A stretch of 64,000 nucleotides of DNA from Selaginella moellendorffii (GCF_000143415.4 NW_003314290.1:558001-622000), one strand, 5' to 3'; positions 41,771 through 55,392 are shown, counted from the stretch's first letter. Made by a program: numbers and translations. Notes: generated by a model not told the origin, from the letters alone.

Positions 41771-44700
41771 CTTCCACGTGTCATGTGTTGGTCCTTTTGG
41801 GTCCCTTTTTGGAGCCTTGCTTTTTGCTCGCTTCGTGCTCGTTCCTCGAGCACTTCGTTGGGAGTTCCACTCCCGCTCTTGACTTTTCAAGTCGGAGCTT
41901 TTGGTCCAAACGTGTTACACTCGTTTGGCTCTCGCTTCAGCCACTCCCACGTGGCACCCTTTCCGGCTCCACTTTGGGGCCTAGGGATTTTGTGTCTCAC
42001 AGAACCCAAGCACTAGAGGGTCAGGACTCGAACCCAACCTCCGTATATGCATCTACGGATGGCATCGCACAAGATGCCTGGCGTGACTTCCCACGCTGGT
42101 GCACCAACTTATACTTAAAGCGCGCTATAGATCACAACTTAGGAACTTAGTTCCTCTGTACTGCCAAGTCCTCTCGCTTGACAAGTCTGTGATTATGCAT
42201 GGACTCCTCCATGCTCGGCCCCATGGGCCACCCCTTTTGAAGTTAGCACCTTCAACTAAGGGATTTGTTCCCCCCGACTTGCCACTCTCACTTAGCAAGT
42301 CATTCGGCCACCGTAACATGGTTCATACATAAGCGTGAAAGTCTTTAACCATCGACTTTCGTTCAAAACCCTCTCTTTGAACACTCGGGAACTACTTCCC
42401 CAATCTTGATAGTCTCGTATCATGGCAAGCTTCAAGACCATGCTTCTGCTGTGCCACTCTAATTTCACGCGTTCTATGAACCATTTACACTTGGCTGACT
42501 AGGTACTTATCTACCTAGGGGAACGTTCAAGGAACTCTATTCCTTGGCTTGCTAAGGCCTTTCCTTTCGCAAGCTTGCCAATTACCATATAGTCTAACAT
42601 GGACAATCCCATGTTTTAGACTCTCTATGGCATCCCGGTCGCTAGTAACAACATGCTTGAGCACTCACTTGATTCTCCACTCCCAATTTACATAACCACC
42701 CTTGGTCATGCCTGTCAATTCCTATGGTTCGGTTCTATCCTTATACTACTTGCCTTTTGGCCTCATACATTTCCTTCGGTTATTCTCCTCCAGACTAGGA
42801 AGATAACTTTGCACTTTCTACCATGCCTTGGCAAGTATTCATAGGGATGAACCTACCCGACAGCCTAGGGAGTGGTTCCTCAATCTGAGTTTGCTCACCT
42901 TGTAATCCCACACACTAGGATCACCGTTGCTACTTATGGGCCTTTATATGCCCATCACTAGCCTTGCCTAAATCCCTCTTTGGCTTTGTCCAATTTGGGT
43001 AGACAGACTTCTTCTGTCTCCACAACTTTGGACATTTGGATAGCACCTCCTATCCTTCATTCACTAAAGACTTTGTCCCTTGGGCATTATCCATTATCCT
43101 CATGACACCAAATACCCCCTTTTGGTGTTCTAGAGTGTTTGGGTGTCCCAATGATGGCCTCTCTGACAATGAGCATCCCCTTTTCGACATTGACCTACTA
43201 TGTCACAACATAAGCAATTTATCCCTTATAAGGGTATATCAAACTTCCTTATCCCAATAAGAAGTCTTAGGTAGTTGCCTTCTACCAGTTTATGAATTAT
43301 TTTGCACCTTTTGCTTAGTTGCCTCATAGTTGTCAAGTTTTACAACTCATTGTTGTTGCTTCCACACCTCCATCATTATCTAGGTCACCACACTCTAACC
43401 GCATGCTTTCCAGCTTAGGCTATGCTATTCCCATTTCCATTGGAATTCCTTTGGAAGGGGTTCTCATGAACCCACCAACTTGACCTCAAGGCAGCACGCC
43501 TTGGCACCTTCGGTGTCTCCACACCATCGGCTCCACGAGCCTACTTTTATAACACTTCTTACTTGTGTCCAGGTATTTTTGCCAAGACCAATATGGTTGT
43601 CTCTTAGGCCAATTATCCATTAGCACTGCACCATAGAGTTCATGCACAACTTTGTGTCAAAGTTGTTTTCTTCCGAGAAACTCTTTCCCACGACTTTAGC
43701 ATGGCATCTTTTGCCATCAATGAGATACATACTGCTCTCATACTTGGATCTCAAGATCCTCCCCATCCTTCGTAGGGCACCACACACCTTAGTCCAAATG
43801 CTTTCCTCAAGCCCTTAGGATTATTCCTTGACTCTATTGGAGTCATTCAACTTTTTGGACTTTGTTAATCTGACGACCCATAAGGTCCTACTTTTGAGGT
43901 GCTAACTCACTAGAATACAACTCTTTGTATTAATGTCCTACTCACAAGGACCATATTTTGCAAGTGTTACTCCGACACTTGATTTGTTCTCTAGGGGCAA
44001 CTTTTTGCCCTTTAGGACCACTTGTCCATGTGATGAGAATACCAACTCATCCTCTAAATACACCCCCAACTCCTTGGGTTGTTCCAGCATTTATTAGAGG
44101 TAGCTCCAGCTACCATTTCAAGGACTTGTGTCCTTTTCTGTATTTGACCTCTCATGGTTATTACTTCTGGTCTCAAATTCATGAGCACCAACCTCAACTT
44201 CATGAGGGTAATCTTGTGATTCCTTTATCATTTTGGAGTCTCTATCTTCCCTGTGATCCCAACTATAGTTGTTTACCACAACTACATTAGTCAATTTGCT
44301 GAGTCAAACGCTCATCTGGATCACATCTTCAACTCAATGAGAAAAACCTTGCACTATTCCCAAGATCCCAAAGTTGTTCCATCATTGGCCCTTTTCTATC
44401 CATCACCTTGCCTACAAGTTCACACATGAACTATAGTGGAGAGCCATGTCTTCCCGACTTGCTACTCCTCAAGGACAAGCCCACTCCTAGGACCTTTTGA
44501 TGGTAATATACTTCAGTACCAATAAAAGTTGAACTAATGAACAACAATGATACCACATTGTAAATGATTAAATTTTTCCATTCTACTTTAGTCACTTAAC
44601 CACACCTCTGGCCACTTCGAGGAGTCTCATTTACAACCTCCATAAGTCCCACTTAGGATTTGGGGCTTGCTAGCCCCGAGAATGGCATCCATGCCACTCA

Positions 44701-45615
44701 ACCTTTGCACTTGGTCTTAGTGCTCCACGTGTCCGGTCCCATGACCGACACCCCAAGGCACCACCAACATACCCTAGGCCATGCCCAATCACCTTGGTCA
44801 CATAAGTGGTCCAACACCATCTGCATTGCAATTTCGTCTCTCCAAGACTAGGCCATCCGTTCGTGAGTGGTCATCCCAGATCCACTCTTTAGCATCCTTA
44901 GGATGCCCGTAGACATGGGGAATAACCTTCCTCAATATTTCCTTTCTAGTCCCCACCAAGTCCCTTTCAGTCCTTGGCTGTGTTCGCCAACACTGCCACT
45001 GGATCAGGGCCCATAGGCTCGACCACTAAGGCCCACGGTCCTCTGGGACTTCCTCACCGCATGACTGTATCCTTGGTCACTACACCAGAGGACTACTCCT
45101 CTTCCTTTCCACAGTTTGGGCCTTTGGGACAACATTTCGGAACACCGTGGCCTTACGCAAACCTCGTGGGTACTCTCCCCGCCTTTTGCCTTTGGGTGCT
45201 CTAGCCATGGGCTTAGAGTGAGGTTCTGTTGAGCCACACTAGGTATCCAAGTAGGTAGTGCCACCCACACTTGGACTGGGAGTATCGGCCAATCGATCTC
45301 TCAGGGGAACTAGAGCCGACTCTTGAACACTTCACCAAGCTACCCCGCTTGTCGGTCCATATTCACTCTAGTCTTGGACTTCCTAGTGGTCAGTTCATCA
45401 CCCAACACTAGGTCTGGCCTTCCTGGGCCAAATTGGCCTTTCTTGGCCAAACTGGCTCCACTGCAGTCCTCCCCCCTACTATACTTTTGGAGCTCACCAA
45501 ACCCCCCAGGGTCTGGGAGACGAACGCTTTGGGCTTTCACCCTCTCAGACTCGGACTCGGACTCGGGCTCGGACTCAGACTTGGACTCGGGCTCGGGCTC
45601 GGTCTCGGCCTCGGC

Positions 45616-45646
<31 letters not shown>

Positions 45647-47649
45647 CCGGTCTCGGTCTCGGTCCCGGTCTCAGTCCCGGTCTCGGTCTTGACCTCGGAC
45701 TCCATCTCGGGTCCTTCTCAGACTCCATCTTGGACTCCGTTTCGAACTCCATCTCGGGTCCATCTCGGACTCCATCTTAGACTCCATCTCGGACTCCACC
45801 TCGGACTCCAACTCAGGTCCATCTCGGACTCCATCTCGGACACTTCCACGTGTCATGTGTTGGTCCTTTTGGGTCCCTTTTTGGAGCCTCGCTTATTGCT
45901 TGCTTCATGCTTATTCTTTGAGCACTCCGTTAGGAGTTCCACTCCCACTCTCAACCTTTCAAGTCGGAGCCTTTTAGTCCAAACGTGTTATGCTCGTTTG
46001 GCTTTTGCTTCGGCCACTACCACGTGGCACCCTTTTGGCTCCACTTTGGGGCTTAGGGATTTGTGTCTCACAGTTTCATAACGTTATGCCAAGCGAGGAG
46101 CATTGTTAAGGGTGGTGGGAGCAAGTGCATACACAAGATCGACAAAATCTTGACGAAGTGCTGGCCACAACATTCTTAACTTGATCCACTCCGACATATT
46201 TGGCTCCACACGAAACAAGAGGCTTCGGAAACAAACACTAAATTGCATCACCAAATCAGATGACCCTTGATGAAGATGATATAATTGTTAGAAGGCATCA
46301 TCATAATCGTCGGCATATCCAAATGTGCATTCGAAAACATTCGGAAGAACACTCCAATCCCCACGAATGGTTGCGCTCAAACCATTGTACCACTGCAACG
46401 CCATCTCTTGAAGACACATAGGAAACTCACGCAAACATTGAGCATCATCCTCAAAATGATATATGGCAATCACCATAAAGTGATTGAATCAATAGTATAT
46501 ATCATCCTTAGAATTTTTGTGAAAGAACTCCAGCCGAATGTGAGGATTGGCACCAAGAGCAAGAGGAGTTGTACCATGTGCCGAGAATGCCACCATCAAC
46601 TGAGTTTGGTCATTCAATTGCAACCACATAGCATTAAGCAATTGTACCAACTGTTACTCCAGAGTCAAAGGAAAAGGAGACTACTAATCTGCCATGAAGA
46701 TGAACGAAAAGGAAAGAGTAAAAGAAAAGAAATGAAAAAAAGCTAGAAGGAAAGATAAATCTAGACAATGCAAAAGTTAGATCTAAACCAAAATCCTGAA
46801 AGGAAAGAATAAAAGAAAAGAAATGAAAAAGGTAGATCTAGACAATGCAAAAGTTAGAACTAAACCAAAATCCCAAGTTCAAGCACTCCTCAGGGATAAT
46901 CAAAGGTGCCCCTCACATCCACCAATGTGAGTGCATGGAATATAAAAAGGGAATACAGAAAATGTGCATATCAATTAACCTAAAAACTTTAACTTATATA
47001 CAAGAGCGAATGGTCCAAATTGAAACCAATTCAACAACTACCAAAATCCCACTACACTAAGATTAGTATATGGCATCAGTTGTACACTTGGACCTCACAT
47101 AGGTAAATCATTAATATTATCTGTATTGAGACTAATAAAATTCAATATTAATCTTATGAAGAGACATCTTATTCCATTTGAATATGAATATTAATAATAT
47201 CAACAACAAGGCATCACTTCAATGCCATAAATACCAAAATAAAACTAGAAGAAAGAAAAAGTGAATTACCATTCAAAACTCTTTAACAACCAAATTAACC
47301 AAAGTCAAAAATACTTTGTTTAGTATCCAAAACCAATCCTTTAACAATACTTAACTATAAATAACACTTCATTAAGGAGTGAATCACCAAAACTCAATAA
47401 AATCTAATACCATAGATTAAACATAACCAAATGATATTGATATAGGTAGAATTAACATGCCAATATAGAAAACCATGTAAAGATAACGATACGATCCTTC
47501 ATAATACCATTTGGTAAAACAAACTCATCACTGCTAAATCATCATTGAGTGAAACAAGTGTCAAATCCTTAATGAAGATTACAAACAATCACTAGTTGTA
47601 AAGCAATTAACAATTACTTTTCAACTTGCCTTCACAAAACCAAAATATA

Positions 47650-50600
47650 AAACTTTTATCATTGAGTTATATACTTGTCCAACAAAAAAGTAACACCTCA
47701 ATATAAGGAATCAACTCCTCAAGGTATCGCAGGCTAAAGGATCCTTGAAATGACGACCGAAATAATAAAGAGTTCATTGGATAAGACTAAATTCAAGATC
47801 GAGTCCGAGACAAACTCCAAGACCAAATTCAAGATTGAGTCTGAGACTAAGATCCAAGATCCAAGATTGGGTCCAAGACCAAGTTGGAGTCTGAGTCTTA
47901 AACTGAGTCTGAAGCTAAATATAAGATCAAGTCCAAGACTAAGTCTGATTATTAATATAGGTCAAATGGTGGCAAAGAGGCCACCCAAGGAAACACTCAA
48001 GAGTAGCTCCCACTCTTTGAAGGGAAATCAACTATGGTGCTCCTAGCTTATGTGGAGTGGTGCTTCATTTAAGTACTATATGGCTCATCTGTCCTCGCTC
48101 CTTCCTAGGGGGTTGGGCCTTCCCTTTGGGACAAAACTGGGGGAATAAGGGTACCCATACCCAGCCATTAGATCATAGTGTTCCCTTGGGGTTTCGAGGC
48201 AAGAGATGCACCTAAAGTTTGGAATTTAAAGGTCTTATGATCAAATTTTGTTTTACCAAGGGATGTTAGGTTGTGGGGGGTTCCAAAAGTATAATAGTGA
48301 GTGTGGGGGTTGAACTCTAATGGAACAAGTTTGGAGTTTAGCTAGGAAAGGCCAGTGTGACTTAGGAAGGCTATACTTATATATTAGGTGATGATATAAC
48401 CATTAAGGAGTCCAAGACTAAAGTGTATATAGATAGATAAGTGAGATAACTTGGTGAAATGTTCAAGAGCCAACTCTAGTTCCTTCGGGAGATCAAATGG
48501 TCAATGTTCTTAGTCCAAGTATGGGTGGCACTATCTACTTAGATACCTAGCATAGCTTATTAGAACCTCACATTAGCCATATGGCTAGGGCACCTAAGGG
48601 TGGAAGGTAGGGAGAGTATCCACAAAGCTCATATAAAGTCATAATGTTTTGAAAGGTTATCCCAAAGTCCCAGATTATAAAAAAGAAAAAGAGCAATCCT
48701 CTTGCATAGTGACTAAAGGCATGATCATGTGGTGAAGAAGTCAAAGGTTAGTGAAAATTAGTGGTCGGGCCTTTGGGCTTTGATTGAGTGGTGGTGTTGG
48801 CAAGCATAGCTGTGGATAGAGAGGGACTTAGAGGGTTTAAAGAAGGGACAGGGTGCTCCCCATGTCTCTGAACATCCTAAGGATGTAAAGGTGTGGTCCT
48901 GGGATGACCACTCATGGATATATGGCTTAATCTTTGAGAGATGGGACTATAATACAAGTGGTCCTAGAGTACCAATGAGACAAGGGTAAATGGATATGGC
49001 TTTAGTGTAATGGGCTGAAATATTAATGATACTTTTGGGGTATTTGTTATAGGATCAGACACTTGGAGCACTTGGACCAAGTGCAAAGGCTAGATGGTAT
49101 AAATGCCATTCATGGGGCTAACATGTCCCTAAATTGCAAATAGGATTTATGAAGGTTGTGAATGAGACTCCTCCAAGAAGTAGAATAGAAAACTTAGTCA
49201 CTTACAACTTGGTATTGGAGCTATTCCTTATTCTAACTTTTATTAGTTGTTAAATATATCACCATTTAATATTAGCATAAGAAGGTTTTAATGTGTGTTT
49301 ATCCTTGAGGAGTAGCATATTAAGAGGGCATGACTCTCAACTTGAGTTCATACGTGAACATGTGAGTAATGTCGTGAATAGAAAAGGGCCAATAAGGGAA
49401 TGATTTTGGGATCTTAGGAATAGTAAAGATTTCCCTTAGAGAGTTGAGAATGTGATTTATATAAGCATTTGACTAAGCAAACTAGGTAATATGGTTGTGG
49501 TAAACAACTATAGTTGGGATTACGGGAAAGATAAAGACTTCGAAAGAATAAAAGAGTCACAAGAGTATCCTCATATGGTTAAGGATGGTGCTCATAAGTT
49601 TAAGATTAGAGTTAATGACTATAAGAGGTCAAATACAAATAAGGACATATGTCCTTGAAATAGTATCTAGGGCCACTTTTAATAAAGGCTGGAATAACTA
49701 GGAGTTGGGGGGTATATTCAAAGGATGAATAAATGTTCTCATCATATGGAAGCATAGTCCTAAAGTGCCCACATAACCCACATAGAATGAAGGATAATGA
49801 AGTGTCAGAATAACACTTGCAAAGACAGTCATTGTGAATATGATGTGAATATAAAAAGTTGTATTCAAGTGTGGTGGCACCTCAAAAGTAACCATGAAGC
49901 TAGAACCTTATAAAATATTAGATTAGCAAAGTGTGAGACACAAATCCCTAAGCCCCAAAATGGAGGCAAAAGGGTGCCATATAGTAGTGGTCGAAGTGGA
50001 AGTCCAACAAACATAATATTTTGGACCAAAAGCTTTGACTTAGAAAGTTGAGAGCAAGAGTAAAACTCCAAATAAAGAGCTCAAGGAATGAGTATGAAGC
50101 AATTGGTGAACAAGTTTCTAAAAAGGTACACAAGAGGGACTAACATATGGCAAGTGTTATGACACATAAAAGTGTCGAGATTAAGTCTGAGAAGAAGTTT
50201 GAGATGGACTCCAAGGAGTTCAATAAAGAGTCCAAGATGGAGTGTGAGAAGGATTCCGAGAAGGAGTCCGAGATGGAGTGTGAAATGGGGATTGAGACAA
50301 AAACCAAAATTAAGACCAACACAGAGACCAAGATTGAGACTAGAGCCAAGACCGGGGCCAAGTCTGAGTTGGTGAAGTGTTTAAGAGCTCTAGCTCCCTT
50401 GGAAGATCAAATGGTTAGTGCTCCCAATCCAAGTGTGGGTGGCACTACTTACTTGGATACCTGGTATGGCTCATCAAAATCTTACTCTAGCCACATAACT
50501 ACAGCACCCAAAGGCAGAAGGTGGGGAGAGTACCCACAAGACTTGTGTTGGGCCACAGTGTTTCGAAATGTCATCCCAAAGTCTTGGACTGTGAAAAAAA

Positions 50601-51118
50601 AAAGGAATAGTCCTCTTGTATACTAACCAAGGATACGGTCATATGGCAAAGAAGTCTTAAAGGTCAATGAGACTTACTGGTTGGGCTTTTGAACCCTAAC
50701 CCAGTGGTGGTGTTGACAAGCACGACTATGGACAAAAAGGGACTTAGTGGGGAGCAAAGAAGGGATATTAAGGAAGGGTCTCCAGACATCCTAAGGATGC
50801 TAAAGTGTGGTCAAGGGATAACCACTCATTGATGGATGGCCCAATTTTTGGGAAATGAGCCTATAGAATAGGTGGTCTTAGACTACCCACAAGACAAAGC
50901 TAAATGGATATAGCCCTAGCATGACAGGCTAATATATTAGTGGTACCTTTGGGTGTCTATCGTGGGATTAAACACGTGGAGCACATGGACCAAGTACAAA
51001 AGCTTAGTGGTATAGATGCTATTTATGGACCTAGCATATCCCCAAATCGGGAATAAAACTTATGAAGGTTGTGAGTGAAACTCCTCTAAGTGGTCAAAAG
51101 TGTGGTTAAGTGACTAAA
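47650..51118 (+). mobile_element. Old, heavily mutated remnants of the same LTR family in the opposite orientation
   Basis: Reverse-complement similarity to the LTR. An LTR end cacttaca is followed by PBS tggtattggagc at ~49206. A second LTR starts tgtgagacacaaatccc at ~49932 and is cut at ~51118. Confidence 0.8.
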
Positions 51119-52334
51119 GGGGAATAAGCTCTATTTCGTTAAAGTGGGATTTATTCAGTAAAATGGGACTAGGTACAAATTTTCAAGTATTTGAAAATGA
51201 CGTGAAATTATATGTTTTTTGTCCAGGGGCTAGACATATCTGGGGCATGGTGACTAGCGCGGTGACTTTATGTCCAGACTGAGTCCATCTGGTTGTATAA
51301 TAAATCTCATTGTCAAGGTGAACAAGCCGAATCTGAAGCTAAAGAAGAGCGATGGCATGCGCGCACACACTATTTGTTTGTTCATTGAGCGTGTGGTGAG
51401 CTTTCCAAGATGAACGTCATTCCTATTAGCCAGACATATCACTTAATGGTGAGAACATTTAGATATTATTCAATGTTATCTTTTTCTAACGAATCTAATT
51501 GTGAAGGTGTAGCAAGAGGCATTGCTAGTCTGGAGAAGTCATTTAACTCATTTGACCACCCTTAGTGTATTTTCATGAAACTAAATAACATTCATATTAT
51601 TAAGGAATTTCTTTAGTACCTTTTTTTTACAACATAGAGGCTTGCATTTCTTTCAAAGGTGATTTAGTAAAAGGCCTGAGGGCACATGCCATTCTATTTC
51701 TCAGACCGGTATTAAGATATACTAGTGCAAAGGGAAAAAGGTATTTGGTGATCAAGTAAATGGCATGAGGGCACACGCTATTATAAGCCTAAGCGCTAGT
51801 GGACACCTCCTTTTTGGTACTCTTAGCGGTACTATCATCCTTCTCCGGGTCAGTTGTTTTGCTTTGGATTGTTGTCTCTGACGTTACTGGGGCGTTCTCG
51901 ATAGTTGTTAATGTTGCCGTTTGTTCAGAAAAATGATCACCTGGAGTATAGTACGGGGAGTTTGGAAGACTTATATATTCTACATCTTCACCTATCTCCT
52001 TCTCCGTTTCCTTTTCTGCCTCACTTACAGATTTTATGCTTGCCATGAGAACGCTCTTCACCCTAAAATATGGAGTTCGTTGTGTTATAAAAGGAAACCA
52101 ACACACATGCTGCAAGGGAATGATGGTACATAAAGTACGTAAGCCCACAATATGGGTTTATGTGCCATTAATATGGGCCACACGCCATATTATTAGATTT
52201 ATGCACGTGTGATTGGTAAATGCATATGTCACATCATCTTTGTTTTACCTCACACACTATATCAGGCCTCCTCTGATTCAGATTCGGATTGTTCACCTTG
52301 AAATAAAATACATTAGAAACTTAGTAAAGGAATA

Positions 52335-55300
52335 TTAATGAATCTCACCTTGAACCCGGGTTATGAATGCTCTTGCTGCATCTCTTGCATGGTCTGGCAA
52401 GGTGATGGTGGCACTCTGCTTCCGCATCCAACCATGCACAATATTATCCACCGATATGCTCATGCTGGGATCCCTTGGATTCAGCACCCATCTCTTTTCT
52501 AGGCAATCCTTCGTATATCCGGAACTTGGCTTGAACCACTCCACAGTTACATTGAAGGAGTTAGTTTCCGCGTCCTCCTCTGCATCAGTGATGCAGCGCC
52601 CCACCCATATCATTTGTTTTTTATTACTGGGTCTGACAAGCACGACCATTCCTTTGCAGACCTGTACTGGATTGAATGCTGAATCCGGCTTCTTGTTCCT
52701 CGGCCCACAATAGTGATCCTCAACATTGTTATCTGTCACTGCATTTCCAGACGACATTGTTCCGCTACTATCTGGTGCTCTGGGTTCTGGCCAAAAAGAC
52801 TCTTCCAATTCTTCATATACAACCGGCCCATTTTATAATCTTCTCCCAGTATTCGAGCAAAGGCTTGCACCTCTGAAAATAGGATTCTCCACCAAACACC
52901 AACCCCCTCTTCCAGAAGGCAATATGCTGTCTAATCCCGGCCACTATACTTTCCTGGTCTTTGAGTCCATCCGGGTGCATCGGCCGTGGGGAACCCTGAG
53001 GAATCATAGGTTCCCCAGTTATGGGATCTCTCTTGAAGAGTTCAATGCCGTCCACTGGCAGCCACACTGTGTCCCATTCTCTCATCTTGTACCTCATCAC
53101 TGGAGCACCGTCACACATGCTGAAATGAAACTGAAGAGGCTTGGAGTGGCCAATCAGCGTTTCGGATCCGTCCCTGATGTAGCCTTTTACAAACCCCTTC
53201 AAGTCTGGAACCTCTGTGAGAAGTGCAGCTTCAACAGTGCCTTTGATGCAATTTTGGAATTCATCGTAGAGTTGTGGGAGGGTGAGGACATTGGATCGCC
53301 GGAGGGACTCTGCCAGGTGACTGAACATGGCATCGACGTCTTCATGAGTGTGCCCAACCATGAGAAAGCCAAGTGTAACCGTTTCAAATATGCCTTTGGC
53401 AACAAGCATCGCCAAGTACGCGAAGACGTACATGTTTTTGTTCTCACTGCCAGCATTGTCTGTTTGGAGCAGAAGATGGGGTGGAAGGCCACATCGGCCG
53501 CAAGAACTTCCTTGAGATTCTGCTTCGTTTGGATGAGGCTGTGCATTCACCGGGCGACCAGCCTCGTCGGAATGGCATGAGGCCTCACGTGATAACCCTA
53601 CAATCTGACGGCCAACATATTCACTGGGATGGCATGGGGCCCCATGCGATACTGCAAGCCTTTGCTCCTCCTCCAGCTGAACCCTGTATGGGGTTCGATC
53701 GACAAGGGCCTTATGCAAGGGTTGGCCGTTTAGCTCAGTCTGCGCACTTTGCAGAGACCTTAAGTGTTTTGCTAGGGACGCAATCATCATGTTTGCACCC
53801 CCGCCACCCCATAGAGGTACAAAGAAGTTCCCATAGTTCTGGGCACCATGCCCATGAGCGATTATGCCAAACAGAGACACAGGTAGCTGCATGGATGAAG
53901 AGATTGCCTTGGGGGCAGGATTGAGTCGAGGTAAGCACGTCTTTTTCTGGTCCATTTTGTCGTGGATGATGCAGAGGTAAGAGTCAGGTCTCTCCATGGA
54001 GAGAATCCTGTTATGATAATATGCAGTCCTGCAGCTTCTCTGCTCGATGTTGTGGTCGAGCCGCCTTCTAACCAACGTCTCTCGCTCTTGAGCGCTGCAA
54101 GAATTCTTTGACAAAGCCATTTTCATAGCAGTGCACTCGTCACACTTTGAAAAGCTGAAGTACTTTCCTATACTCACATCCCTGAACCTGTTGCTCCACA
54201 ATCTACTAAATCTAGATTGGCTTAGCTTCCTGTAGCCATTACTCTGGAGTTCCCGATTCACATCTTCCAATATGGCCCCCTTGGTATACATGGAAGGGAG
54301 AACTCGTTGGGTGTCTCGTGTTCCATCTTCCAAGAGGCGGGTTTTATCTGGTTGCTGCTCGCTACATGTCTCAACAAACCTCTTGAAGATTGCCTCTCTA
54401 TATACAACATGACCCCTGGTTTTGTGCGTACCGTCGTTCCCATGGACTGCCTGTTGAACCCTTTGTTCCTCGAACTCAGTTTTGATTCTGTAGAATGTGG
54501 TTCGAGGGACTCCATAAATGATTCTCCATGCCTTCATGCAGACCAAACCCCTCTGGAAGACCATGCCCCCCACCTGATGTTCTGAAGCATCAACAGATGA
54601 CCGTAATGCCTCATACACAAAATTGCGAGCTGCCTTCCAGGACAATGTTTTGTATCTTGCTCTCTCCTCTTCAATAGCATCCCAATCAGCATGTTGACAG
54701 CAGCTCCTCTTGCAACAAGCAACTGTCGAGACCATTCGAACCTCCATCGCCATTTTCTGCCTTTTCGGTTCGTTGCTCAGATCCCTTTGGCTGCGCTTTA
54801 GGAAGGTGTACTTTCTTTTCCCATGAAGAGATGTTCTGTCATCAGTTGTAGTGGTGTTTGATTGTGAATCCTTCACATTCTCAAACACTAAGTGCCTCAA
54901 TTTCCACCGCACAATGCTTCCAATAGTTAGACTGTTTTCTTCTGTGTCAACAACCTCTAAAATCACAACTCCAATATCATCCCAGCCCAATTCTTGATTA
55001 GCAACCGAATCTCTTGGATCGACAACTGTGGCTAAGCCCTCAGCTACCACCTCCCCCTCGGGGTTGTTTAGAAACACGTTCGCCTGAATCCATGTAGCAC
55101 GGTTCTTAAGATCCACGGAGGGAACATGCGTCGCACTTGCGCTGTCCCCAACATCTGCTTTCTTCTGAAGATTTTTCAAGGCAACAACAACATTTACCCC
55201 GACGACCATCTCTCCTCGTTCAATAGCGACCACATTCCCATCGAAGACAGTCTCTACTGATACAGCAGCATTGCCTTCCCCAAGCCTTTGACAGTGTATA

Positions 55301-55392
55301 ACAAAGTTCCGATCCATAGACACAAGGGTCCCTTTTGCAACTCTCTTCCCACCATTCAAAATGTAAACCTTTTCCCCAACCCTGAAGGCCAT
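52335..55392 (-). CDS. DDE-type (RNase H fold) transposase, Sola/DUF7869-like; probable 1-nt frameshift near 52835
   Basis: 859-aa ORF with CCKRSC, FSKCDEC, IIHDKMDQKKT, LLLQTDNAGSENKN and FLMVGHTHEDVDAMFS. Two N-terminal SH3-like repeats. The 52335-52808 ORF continues in a shifted frame (GPVVYEELEESFWP..IWVGRC..VEWF). Confidence 0.75.

Larger units (their letters stand above)
32782..42001 (-). mobile_element. LARD-like element copy B nested in copy A
   Basis: LTRs 32782-34448 and 40217-42001, TSD GAACC, PBS gctccgatacca. Interior colinear with copy A. Confidence 0.92.
29662..46072 (-). mobile_element. Large non-autonomous LTR element (LARD-like), copy A
   Basis: LTRs 29662-31288 and 44559-46072, TSD GTTTC, Met-type PBS (tgatacca on + strand) before the right LTR, purine tract gggtggtggag. 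The ~4-kb interior has no recognisable gag/pol. Confidence 0.9.
25041..47099 (-). mobile_element. Decayed Ty3/Gypsy LTR retrotransposon (about 5 kb of its own sequence), host of the nested insertions
   Basis: LTRs 25041-25216 and 46926-47099 (TG..CA) with TAGG on both flanks. PPT next to the left LTR and a TGG-starting PBS next to the right LTR. Minus-strand order is gag (46.1-46.5 kb; 29.4 kb), protease LVDIGSS, RT (KLDLAYGYWQI, MPFGLNNA), RNase H, integrase (FDFIGPFP, WKGPY). Confidence 0.92.

Noticed and set aside
30604-46081. Many long ORFs rich in RS, SD, GL, ET or PR dipeptides
   Set aside because: They are six-frame read-through of the 6/12-bp tandem array in the LTRs, open on both strands, and not credible proteins.
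52726-53580. 284-aa plus-strand ORF
   Set aside because: Antisense shadow of the transposase ORF.
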